Source: Azolla caroliniana (Eukaryota; Plantae; Polypodiophyta). From it: a stretch of DNA of 64,000 nt. The position numbers and the translations under genes were made by a program. Below, piece after piece: positions 1-11,990 of this stretch. The stretch is from assembly GCA_043228905.1 (NCBI GenBank), contig JBHGNT010000017.1, positions 2,046,001-2,110,000 of the forward strand, read 5' to 3'. Every line of letters starts with the position of its first letter. The stretch's first letter is position 1. Below the pieces are notes generated by a model. The model was not told the DNA's origin, searched no databases, and worked only from the letters and a program-made list of their open reading frames with translations.

Positions 1-330
1 GTGTGGGGGAACGAAGCAAATCATGAGGGAATGAGGAACAATTTCTCATTTTTGTTGATTCATTGCACAGGACATTGGTGCTATTCGGCGAGATGGTGGA
101 TGTGGACTAAAGGAAGCAATGTGTCTGTTTTAGGAGTGATGATGGTGGGGGGGATCGAAGCAGCTCATGAGGGGATGAGGAATTTTTTATTTATTTTGTT
201 GTTAATTCCACAGGACATTGGTGGCATTCGGCGAGATGGTGGAGGTGGATTGAATGAAGCAATTTGGTTGTTTTTAGGAGTGATGTTGGTGAGGGGGCCT
301 AAGCACATCATGAAGGGAGAGTGAATAAGT
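1..330. repeat. Degenerate tandem repeat, unit about 143 bp (2+ copies, truncated by window start)
   Basis: The blocks tcatgagg(g)atgagg, caggacattggtg..attcggcgagatggtgga and tttaggagtgatg recur about 143 bp apart. Confidence 0.7.
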
Positions 331-689
331 TGTGGGGATCGAAGCAAATGGGGTGAGAGGTGGAATTAGTATAGTACATTTCATTTTCATGGTCTGTTTT
401 TTTCTCCCCAACAGTTTTTACAAATGTTGGAATCACTTCAGATCTGTTTGCAACTGTTTCTGTTGGGATGGTGAATCTTCTTACAGAGACGGAAATCTTC
501 TTACACCTGACACATATGATTGGAAAGACGGAGGACATGGAATCTGCAGCAGATCACTGGAATCAATGTTGTGTTTTATGGCTGTTTTTTTTCCCAACAG
601 TTTTTACAAATACTAGAATCATTTCAGATATACTGGTGGAGATGAAACAATATTATGTACTATTTGTATACTGCCTCCGGGCTTTTTAT

Positions 690-1118
690 TAATACCAATG
701 GAGCATATGTTTTATGGTAAAATCTTCGTCTCTCAAATGTCCTGCTTGATATATGGAAGAACTTGCGGGCAGTAGTTCGTGGCCAATATGACAATATGCA
801 TGGTTCCCCAGAGACTATGAACAAGAGAAGGAAGAAGCTTCTTCACTAATGGAAAAAGTTGCCCCTGTTTACTGAGTCAACTCAAGGGCCTCAATGGCAC
901 TATCAACTTCCATGGAGCCCTTATTGAATATCAGTAAATCATGGTAATGTACATCAACAAATTCCAACACCTTCTACAAAGTCCTATCTTTGGTCTTAGG
1001 ATTATTGTACATCATTGTACATAAAAAGTTGTAAGCTTCTGGGTAGACAAGTTCAATTTGTAGCCTTCAGGCGTTTTTTTCTTAATACTATTGAAGAAAA
1101 TCTTTGAAGAAAAAAAAA
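690..1118 (+). mobile_element. L1-type LINE 3' fragment with poly(A) tail
   Basis: Translates to LLDIWKNLRAVVRGQYD...W..LP...GPQWHYQLP, which matches the C-terminus of the LINE at 8757-9470 (MDIWFALISCLRGQLD...GPMLNYQPP). It ends in an A-run at about 1109-1118. Confidence 0.6.
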
Positions 1119-1619
1119 ATGCTCATGATGTACACTTGTATATCACGGGTATCACCTCACCATTTTCAATGCATATATACATATACATATACACATACAT
1201 GAATTCTCGATTTTTTCCTACACGGTATCAAAGCCCTAAACCCTCTTCTCTCTATAAGAGGGTATCCATCTAAATGTCGTTTTCTCTTCATTACCTCATC
1301 TCTTCGACATTGTGCCAATGTTGTGAAGTTACATGCATGTGTGTGAAATGTGAGTGAAACCTTGGGGGAACCAAACCATGGAAGATGGATTGATCCTAGT
1401 GGAGAATTGTAAATAAATAGCGTTCCACTTTATACGTCCTAGAACACTATTATTTTCTTCCCATGTCGAGAATGCTAGTTGTATGGGGTGAGAATCTAAT
1501 AGATTGTTACTAGAGCCTTCACCAGCTCCTCACTTGAGTGCCTTTGTTTAGATATTTGTTTATCGGTGTAACATGAAGAGTGTAAATAGAGATGGGTGTA
1601 TCTAGGTTTGATTTTGAGT

Positions 1620-2187
1620 AATATGATATGTATTTGCATATTTGTGATGTTCGTGTTTGTGTGAGTGTATGTATGGTACATATATATCGTGATTGTATAT
1701 GTATATGCATGTGTGTGTATGGAAAGGATCGTATGCACAAGCATATGAGCATGTGAGTCTATATGTACATAAGTGTGTACATCTCTATATTGTGTACAAG
1801 TGGTGTGTGTGTGTGTGTGTTGGTTTAAGAGTGTAAGTGTTTGTGTAGGTATGTAAATGTATTTGAATGTGAATGAGTATGCGTATGTATGATTATGTAT
1901 ATGTTCATGTTTATATACATAATCATACACACACATATGTATGTATGTATGTCTTCATATGTACTAAGTCTATATTTATGACTGTGTATGTATTCTTGTT
2001 GTACGTAAGAATTATGGGTATGTATGTTAATATATGTATTTATGTGTGCACCTTGTGTATGTTATGCATTTTTGTGTATTTGTTTACATGAACATATGTA
2101 TGTGTGTAATTTTTTAAACATGTGCAAAGGAAATGCTATATGCATGTATTTTATTTATTTGTGTGAAGGTTAATAGTGTAAGTGTAT
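1620..2187. repeat. Low-complexity (TG/TA)n microsatellite-like tract
   Basis: Dense gtgt/tatg repeats. Confidence 0.85.
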
Positions 2188-3274
2188 TGTGAAATGCACA
2201 TAAGATATCAAAACCAGCCTAGTTAGCTTCTTACTTCTTACTCAATTTATAGTTGATACAAAGGTACCCATTTGGGTTGGCTTAGCTAAAAAGGGTGTGC
2301 TAAAGGGTGGCACAAAGGAACACATGCACATCACATTTCCCCCTTGAGAGAAACAAGAGATTGAGGAGCAGGAACATGAGCAGTGGCTTGTCAAAGCAGG
2401 GGAGGATATGTTGGAGATAGAGCTCCCATGTGGCATTATCCATGGTGGTAGGTTTCGAATGGACATCAATGGACGATTCTGGTAGGAGGTGAGGGTTACG
2501 CCAATAGAGTGCTCAAAAAGGGTTGATCCATGTTGTACGGATGTATTGTAGGTGTGGGTGACAAAAGGCAAGATTTGATCCCAGGTTTTGTGGCATGGAT
2601 TGATGTAAGCGGCAATCCCCTTCTTGAGGGTCTTGTTGAGGTGTTCGGTGAGGCCATTTGTCTAAGGATGGTATGGGAACGTAAACATCTGTTCGACACC
2701 GAGTTCAACTACAACGACGTTGAGGAAATCCATGCGGAACTGTCAGCCCTAATAATTGGACGGGGCTAGTGATGGAAAACGAGCTAGCAATCAGCGCATA
2801 AAGATCAATCGCTCCTGTGGATTGAGGGCCACCTAGACTTGGCGGAGGTGGGGGACAGGAGGGCTATCGTGTACGAGCTAGCAATCGGCGGATAAAGATC
2901 AATTGCTCCTGTGGGTTTAGGGCCACCTGTACTTGGCTGAGGTGGGGGACATGCGGGCTATCATGTAGGAGGGGGATCAGATAAACTCGTGGGACAAGAA
3001 GTTAATGGCAAGCTAAGGTGAGGAGCAAGAGGTGGATGCTTGGATGTGGGGTGCTGGTACCCTACATCTCCACCAATATGTGAAATGCACATAAGAGATC
3101 AAAACCAACCTAGTTAACTTCTTACTTCTTACTCAATTTATAGTTGATACAAAGGTACCCATTTGGGTTGGCTTAGCTAAAAAGGGAGTGCTAAAAGGGT
3201 GGGTCGACATAGGTACATGCATCCTAAAAAGGGTGTGCTAAAAGGGTGGCACAAAGGAACACATGCACACCACA
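2188..3274 (-). mobile_element. Non-autonomous mini LTR retroelement (TRIM-like, Gypsy-derived)
   Basis: LTRs at 2188-2335 and 3079-3274 (TGT...ACA). PBS TGGTGGAGATGTAGG at 3075-3061 and PPT CTCAAGGGGGAAA next to 2336. An internal integrase remnant reads YHPQTNGLTEHLNKTL...WDQILPFVTHTYNTS. The flanks are GTAT and ATAT. Confidence 0.85.
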
Positions 3275-3859
3275 ATATATTAGTTCTCTTATATAATTTC
3301 GTGAAACAAAAAAGACACTCGAGTGACGGCAATAAGGTCGACGCATTCAATCACTGTCACTTCGTCTGCCTAACCATGGGTCTTCTCCTTCGTACGATCA
3401 ACACCTGAAATCTTGTGTGTTGCATTGTGTCGCCAATCGGGTGGTCGTTGTGTAGTCCCATGCCTTCGGACGCCCATTGGCCATAAGAAAGTCGGATACT
3501 GAGCAACAACTATTGTCCCCCTTCATTCCTCCCAAAAACTCCAATTTATGATCTGAAAATTTTATCACAATTCCCACAAATTTTCCTAGCCAATTGCATG
3601 ATGAACACTTATATGCATGGAGTCGAGTGGCGCCTTCTAAAAATTTACAAAATTTACACATAGATCAATGTATAGAGATGCAAATCTTGATGTGGAATAC
3701 CCATGACAATTCTCATTTCACCACAAAGCACATAAGATTGAATATAAATCTTATCCACGTTTACATAACTTGTTATAAGAAGATTACAATGATTCGTGAT
3801 AGTCCTATGAAGCTTGCAACAAGAAACAATTCAGGATAAAATCCTCAATCCCATTACAT

Positions 3860-5350
3860 GGGGCAGCTAGAATAGGATATGGATGACTAAGATGACGAGT
3901 AGCATCTCATGACTGTCTTTATTTCCATGTTTTGCATTCTGGATGGCCTCATTCTATCATTATGGAAGACGAAGTTGTATCTCAAGGGTGTATGTTGCAT
4001 GTTCGTATATTGTGGAAAAACGATAAAAAATGGATGTTTGAATACACACCCAAATGATATAAACAATTTATCTGAATTGTGGGTCTACGAGAATAAGCCC
4101 ATTGATCAACTTTTGTGGGATCCCAACGAATGGAAATGGCAAAGCATATCAGCACAAGGGATGCTAGGTAAGCAAATCCCATTTTTTCAGTACTCGATAA
4201 AAATGGGTAGAGAGTTGCTAAGGAGACGTGTGGGTGTTACGCCAACAACATGTAAATTTTGGAGCTTGGGTAATGTACGACACTCTTGGTTGAATGCTTA
4301 TTGGAAATGGCTATGGGCCATGCAAATTCCTAGAAAAGTTGTCTTGTTTAGATGGTTGTTGGTTGGTACATTATGGCATTCCTATGAAGTCATGGATGAA
4401 GGGGCATTGCCATGATTTAAAATGTGATAGTTGTGGTTTTCCCAATGAAATGGTTCACCATGTTTTATGGGTATGTCCTATAGCTAGAGCAATATGGAAA
4501 AGAATGTTGAGAATTTTGTATCCTATTTATGGTAAATAGGTGTACACATGGGGTTTTGTGAGATGGGGAAGGTTGGCTGAAGAAATACAGAATTATGAAA
4601 GGGACTATGTTGATTTTCTTCTCTTCTCCGATGGAAGACACGTATTGGAGGCCTCTTATACTACACAAATCCATTGTATGGAAGAAGACAGGGTTTGGTC
4701 TACGATATCGTCTTTAGTAGTTTGGATATTGTGGAAGGCAAAATGTAAGTGTGTATTTCAGAAAGTCAAACCGAATGCGATTGAGTAGTCAAGGAGATAT
4801 GGTTGATGTTCATGCATGCTCTAATAGGTCAATATTAGGCAATACATGGTGAGCTTGATGTTGTGTTTCGCAAGCAACAACAATTTCGAGAAATTTGATA
4901 AAAGGCAGAGGTCTTCACCTTTTTTGGGGACAGAATAAAATGGAGATATGCTCCACTAAGATGCCTTTTCCGCCCCATGTCTTGAAAGGACCATGAACGA
5001 GGGTTTCTGCTACTAGACATGTTGATTCATGTGGGTAGGAGGGTTCTAATTTATTGTGTGGATTCTTTTGTAGCCTTTCGACATCTTTCATTAATACCAC
5101 AGTGAATCTTGACTTAAAAAGAAAGAAAGAAAGAAGATGACGAGTAGCACTTGACCTCCATACTCTACTGTAACAAAAGGTACCTCTTTTGTTTTTATCG
5201 CATACGTCATATATATATATCATACATTGTAGATCACCTTTTTCCCGACGTAACCCATAACAAAATTTAAACATTATGCCTTACCTTTGTAATAATTATC
5301 CCTTGCTAATTGAGCTGTATTTTTTTGTTGATTTAATGTTATCTCTTTCA
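3860..5350 (+). mobile_element. Decayed L1-type LINE 3' part (zf-RVT domain and C-terminus)
   Basis: WKWLWAMQIPRKVVLFRWLL and CDSCGFPNEMVHHVLWVCPIARAIW (zf-RVT), with frameshifts and stops. Confidence 0.8.
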
Positions 5351-5609
5351 ACGAACCCCTTGGATCATAACCTTAACCTATTATAAACCCGAATTTAAGT
5401 GCTTTTCTACGTTGCACATGCCAAGTCATGATAGCATATGAAAGTGTATCTCAAGCATCAAAGTTGCAACTTGCAACTTGTCTTATCAACAACAACAAAG
5501 GTGCTTGGTAATATTTCAAAGTTGACATATATTGTTAATGTTGTGCATTGGTTGCATTTAAGAATTTCTATTCAAGTACAAAGTCATGTTGCTTATTAAG
5601 ACAAAGAAG

Positions 5610-7035
5610 TTATGACATATAATACAGTAGCGGATATGTTATCAAGGGCCCGGTTCGAAGATGACATAATCGAATCGGATAATGAAGAAGTTTCCGAAAA
5701 CTACTTTGCTTCGGAGCACATATGTCGGGTGAACGTGATTCGGGAGTTTTGAGAAGACGAATACAAGGGAGAAAGCTTACTGATTGGGAAAGTGCTACAA
5801 GAAATCGAGGAATCATTGAACAATAAAGAAAAGAGAATCGATATCCGAAGGAAGAAACGGCAAGTCCAGAAGTTCTTCTTGAACAATGGATTAATTTAGA
5901 GGGAGCCGAAAAGACCAAATGGTATACCACTCCGGGTAGTTGGCACAAAGGAACAACAGAAACAAGTAATATCCAAATTTCACGAATCCGATTAGGCTAG
6001 ACATCGGGGAACATGGGCAACATGGGCAAAGATCAAGCAAAAATATTGGTGGAAGAATAGGTACAAGGATGTAGCAGAGTTCACCGAAAGTTGCGAAAAA
6101 TGTCAAATCTACTCTGGAGTTTGACATCAGGACAAATTACATCCAACATTCTCACCGACAATCAACTTTAAATGGATGGTCGACATCGTGGTCATGCCAA
6201 CCGCGATTGGGCAAAAGAAGTACTTGGTGTTAGCTCGGGAGGATCTGACGAACCAAGTAGAAGGCCAGGCGCTACGGAGAAAAACATGTTCTGTAGTATG
6301 CCAATTTCTCCTGGAAGAAGTGTTCTGCAGGTACGGGTGCGTAGGACAAGTGATTGCGGATTGGGGAGAACTTGACTCTAATAAAGCTAGGGAATTCTTT
6401 GCTAAACATGGAGTACGAATGACACTAACCACGATATACAACCTAGAAGCAAATGGGAAGATCGAACGAGGACATAGTCCAACCGTGAATGCACTTGCAA
6501 AAGTGTGCGACGGGACGGTGAAGAATTGGCCACAGATGCTTCTGTATGCACTATGGGCAGATCGCACAACGCATAGTTCCGTGACCGGATGTATGCCAAC
6601 GGAACTTATGACCGGACAAGCTCTGGTTATGCCTACGAAAACCGCAATTGCAACATGGACAGTGCCCATGGAAGGAAGAGATGAGACTTTAGGAAGAACT
6701 ACTGGCGGTCCAAATACGACAACTAGAAGGAAGACAGGAAGACGTAACGAAAGCGGTGCACCGACAACAAGAAGCGTGATTTCGAAACAAACATCGATTT
6801 GATAAAAAGCACCAACTTCGACTGCGGAAGTTTGAAGAAGGGGATTGGGTGATAGTCTACAACAGTAGTCTAGATCATCAATACAACTCAACAAGGAAAT
6901 TTGCTAAAAGGTGGTTCGGGCCATACGAAGTTCGAAGAGCATTTGACAACAGAACTTACCGGTTAACTGAGCTAGATGAATCAATTCTTCGAGTGCCTAT
7001 AGCAAGGAAGCAAGTGAAGATTTTCAAGACGCACA
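5610..7035 (+). mobile_element. Ty3/Gypsy integrase fragment (zinc finger, catalytic core and GPY-containing C-terminus)
   Basis: DIVVMP..GQKKYLVLAREDLT.QVEG...EEVFCRYG....IAD.GE...YNLEANGKIERGH...LWADRTT, followed by KFAKRWFGPYEV. Frameshifted. Confidence 0.85.
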
Positions 7036-7777
7036 TTAATGCAAAGGATTGACATATAAAGGATGCTCAAGCTATGGGAATGACTTCAAACATGCTTTCG
7101 TCTTTTTTTATTTCACATGTAAAAACTTGTAAATTTTGGCCAAGGAAATGTGAGATAGATACTATAGGAAAGACTTTTTCAAATGTATTTTCATCTCGAA
7201 AGCTACAACTTAAAGAACCATTATAAAATGTAAAGATGGATAGAAACATGACAATCATGGACTAGGTTGGAAAAATAAGATTATTTGTTGATGATTTGGC
7301 ATTGATAATTGTATTGTAAATGGTGATGTTGTGTGTGTGTGTGTTTAAGGAGGCCATCCAGCTTTAAAATATTTAAACAATCTATTTATGCTATTGGAAT
7401 ACTATCACTTGACCACTTGGTACCTAAGTTGTTTCAAGAGGAACAAAATAAAAGTGCATCCAAGAGTGGTATGGATTAGAATAAAGAAGCATCTATTAAT
7501 GCTCATAGACACAAATTTCAAAGAGGAAGATGGCAACACTGACATAGATATCAAGATTATGGAAAATGACAAATCAACAAATTTACAATGAAAACAACAA
7601 GAATATGAGAATTACAATAATAACGGAGGAAGAGGGAGCGTGCAAAGCAGGGCCAAATGTCAAAACAATTGAGGAAATTATCGTTGTCATTCACCATTGT
7701 TAAGAATGCAAATGAATGTGATGAAAATGCACTTCATTGACCATTGTTAAGCTTAGTGCAAACGATGTTGGTATCTT

Positions 7778-9669
7778 GATTCCGACCACGGGCCAAAGGG
7801 GGGCTTGGCCTCATAGACCCCTTAATGCAATGTCGAGCATTGCTAGCCAAAATGATGGTTCGATGCCTCCTCCAGGTAAGGGGTGCTGGAAGGTTCTACT
7901 TCGCAATAGGTTGCAGGCAGGGACTCCCAAGTATGGTAGGCCTTGGCCTGACTCCTTGAATTGGTGTTGCACGAGCGGAGTCCCACCCAAGATGGCTTGT
8001 CATTTGGAGGAGAGGGTCACGAACTCCATCTTGCGGGCATGGTGTCACGTACGACATCATTTGGTCAAGCACACACCGGAGACACTAATCGAGTGGTCTG
8101 GACAACCATTATTTTGGAACCCTCAGGTGCGAACAAGTGACGACATGATGTTAGGGCAGCTTAAGGGCCTAGCATGGGGAAAGTTGGCGCAAACAGGGCT
8201 CCACTCTATAGATGATTGGAGACGCACAGTGGCTTTAGGAGGAGCCCACGAGGTCCCATTCCCTCCCCTCAAGGGAGCCATGAAAATGCGGAGATTGATA
8301 GTTGAGGTAGTTGATAGGGTTCCGATGGGGGAGGTGAGAGTGGATGCTTGGTTCGGTCTCTTTGATGAGGCTGGAAGGGTTAAGTTGTTGAAGGGCGTGA
8401 GCGGATCGGGAAGAGATACAATTTTTGGGGAGAGTCAGAGTAGGGGCTCTTGGCACCCAATCTGCGTGGTGGCACAAGTTGATAACATCTGGAAGACAGA
8501 CCCGGATGTTGCTAAGGTGGAACCCCATTGGAAGTTATGGGTATATGGTTGTCGTCCCCTCATTGAACTAGAATGGAACCCAGGGGATTTCAGGTGGAAA
8601 CATGATGGCAGATTTCGCCATTTCTTCGAGTACAACACTAAACTGGATCGGACTTTTCAACTACAGCTAGACGGCCCCTTACGCAATGGTTGGCGTACAT
8701 TGGGCATCCCTGATGAGGTGTTCATTACCTTTTGGAAGAGTCTCTAGCGTCTCCACATGCCGGGAAAGATAAAGTTTTTTTGGTGGCAAATCGGTCATAA
8801 TGTGGTTCCCGTTGGCAAATGGCTAGGTGAACGTGGCGGCCCGTTAGGCTGCCCACTTTGCCATTCACCTATTGAGACTCTGAAGCATTGTATGTGGGAT
8901 TGCCCTCAAGCTCAAAAGGTATGGGATAGAGTGACTCACCTCCTTGCGGCATGTGAAGTGGAAGGAACAACATCGTGGAGTGTTGCAGCATGGATTGATC
9001 ACTTCGTTGATAGGTGGACAGACGCCTTCAATGCGGATAGTTGGTGCAACATATGCATGAGAGGCAAAATCGCCAAGATTCGATTTGAGAGAGGCTTGCA
9101 GTCCGCATCCCCTAAGTTCCCGGAAATTTGGATGCTGATTGTAGGCTTCACCCTGTGGTATGTATGGATAGCGCGTTGCCTAAAGGTCTTTCAAGATCTA
9201 GTGTGGCCCCCGGAGGAAGTGATCATGGACATATGGTTTGCGCTTATCAGCTGCCTACGAGGGCAATTGGACGAGGTTTGTAGCCATTCCAATGATGTGG
9301 TCACTGCCCGTTTGCGGTTTTGGCAGAAATGGCAGAACACGCCTATGGTGACACAAGGAGGAAGTGGCCCGATGTTGAACTACCAGCCCCCACGCTGGCT
9401 GTTTCCGACTCACTTACCACCCTCCCTTCGTTGTCAGCCCCAAGAGTTGTCTCGTACTAGCCAACACTGAAGGGCGTCGCTTTTAGCTATAGGTACTTAC
9501 ATTAAGTAGTCAGTCTGAAAGGTGATGTAACTAGTCTTATTTTCTTGAACTTGATCGGAGGGAGATTCCCCGATCTATGTATAAGCCTCCTTGTACATTC
9601 TCTTTGTAATAACCCTTCCTAACTAATGGGAAAGTAGCTTCATTTTGGAAAAAAAGAAAAAGAAAAAAG
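7778..9669 (+). mobile_element. 5'-truncated L1-type LINE inserted in the Copia protease region
   Basis: Begins RPRAKGGLGLIDP. Contains ORFs 7737-8747 and 8757-9470 with zf-RVT (PGKIKFFWWQ...CPLCHSPIETLKHCMWDCPQAQKVW). A-rich tail at 9649-9669. Confidence 0.88.
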
Positions 9670-11399
9670 ATGTGTGGTATGTACTCAATGTAACAAAGAA
9701 ATGTCTTTTGGTCAATTAGTAGGGAAGGGTATCGATGTGTTATTTAATAAATTTGGATGCAGAATAACAAGTTCAAATATAGGAGAGACGATTATATCTA
9801 GAAGAAAAGTAATACACGCGTTTATGTTGAGTGATACAAAAAACAAATGTTTGGTTGCAAATGAGGAAATGAATTCGAGATGTGGCATAAGAGACTAGGG
9901 CATGTGAGTGCAGAAGGACTTCTAGATATGAACAATAATAATCGTTTTACCTTTGTGTGAGCAACGTTGTAAACCATTAGAGTTAGTTAATACATATGTT
10001 TTTGGTCCTTCACAAGTTCCAGTCATTGGAGTGTCAAGGTATTTTTCAACAGTTATTGATGATTACTCAATAATGGTTTGGATATGCTTTACACAAAATA
10101 AAAGTGATGTTTTTTCAAAGCTCGTTGAATACAAGAAAATGGTAGAAATTAAATGTGATAGGAAAATCAGCGTACTTTGAAGTGATGGAGGGAGTGAGTA
10201 TATGTACATTGAGTTTGATAAATATTTGAAAACAAATGGTATCATAAGACAAGTCACCCCTCAAATGATTGAGTGGCAAAAATATAAAATAGAAACATTT
10301 TAGAGACACTGAGAGCGATGTTGTCGACTCTAGTTCATCAAAATAAGTTGGTTTTGGGTTTATGCATGACATTATGCAATGACTTTAATAAACAAAATCC
10401 TAACAATCATAATCGATACTAATACTCCCGAGTCCCATTGAGTTGTCCCAAGTTTATACGTTAAATATTTTTAGATGTGTTTGCTATATTCATTTACCTA
10501 GTCAAGTACTGCAAAATCTTGATGAGAAAGCAATAAAATGCATTTTTCTAGGAATGATGCCATAAAAAATGGATGTAAATGCTTTGATGCAGTTAATGAT
10601 AACTTTACCTTTTTTTAAATGTGAAATTTAGATGAAATACATTACAGAAAATCATTGGAGTGTGAGGTGCAAATGCCTTTGTCAAGTGAGGCAAGGGACA
10701 TGAATGAAGATAGTGATGGTGAACATGGGAAAAAGGATGAGATTGCAGATGAATTTGACATAAATAATATGACATCAACTTTATAATTGAGAAGATCTAC
10801 TAAAGTAAGAAAACTTGTTCAAAGGTTAGCATATGATAGTTGTATTGCACAATATTATCTACTCGTGGGCCGTGGCTAAATTTACTAATTACCGCGAGCC
10901 TAATTGTTTTGAAGATGCATGTGAGAAATCAAAGTGAATGTATGCTATGCACGAAGAATTGATGCATTGCATAAAAATGTTATACCTAGGAGGCTAATGC
11001 CTAGACCCATAGGGATAAAGGATGTAATTAGTTGTGGATGAGTGTATTGGTCTTAGCTCAAATGGTTCTTTAAATAGTCGTAACACACAAGTAGTGGCCA
11101 AAGGTTATTCTCAAAAGTATGGTGGAGATCATGAAGAAACTTTTGCACCAATGGCTAAAATGATGTCGATTATATTTTTTATTTCTGTGGCAACAACTCT
11201 AAATTGGACTTTAAATAAAATCGATGTTAAAATTGTTTTTCTAAATGATATTTTGACGGAATAAGTGTTCGTGGAACAATTAGAAGGTTCCAAAAAACAA
11301 TCTCAATCTTAACTTTGCATGCAACTTGAAAAAGTGATTTTTATGGATTGAAACAAACAGCAAGCTAATTATGGATTAAAATGTTGAGAAACTACTTGT

Positions 11400-11990
11400 A
11401 TCAACTACAAACAAAGTCTTGTAATACATCTAACAATCGGCAACAATTCAGCTCGTGTTCAGTTTGGGAGTCTAAAACTCAAACCATTTTAAAAAAATAA
11501 AAATAAAACCAAACCAAACCGATTTGTGAAAAGATATTAAATGGAAATTGTCTAAACTGAAACCATTTAAAGCAAACCATTAAAGGGTTTTCTAAGTTCA
11601 AACCAAACTATTCAAGAGATTCACAAACAAGTGAGGTGTTTTAAGCCACAGTTTGCAATTTAGTAACTAGTTTGTGTGCAAACCAAGTTATTATCGACCA
11701 TGCACTCAATTTTTCGAAGATATAAATTTTTTTTAAGAAATGCTTAAGTCATATTCTTAACAATCCATGAGCATTTAATTGAGAAATCAATTAAAATACT
11801 TCATTTCTCAAATGATTAAAATTTAAACCACTAACACAACAGAGCATAAAAAATATTCCAAAATAATAACTTTGAATGCACGTGCCCAAACTATGTTACA
11901 TAAACACGTGTTAAAGCATTGATGAACCATTATGGTTGAACGCAAGCTTTGGTGTTGTTATTGTGAATCTCCTTTTATTTTCTCTATTCT
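11400..11990. mobile_element. AT-rich non-coding insertion (MITE-like) interrupting the Copia RT
   Basis: RT homology stops at about 11370 and resumes at about 12050. The insert is rich in aaaccaaaccg motifs. Terminal inverted repeats were not resolved. Confidence 0.4.

Noticed and set aside
1496-2091. His/Thr/Tyr-rich and Met/Cys/Val-rich ORFs
   Set aside because: Translations of the TG/TA microsatellite.
2188-2335. Cassandra-type TRIM carrying 5S rRNA sequence in the LTR
   Set aside because: No 5S A or C boxes are visible in the LTR.
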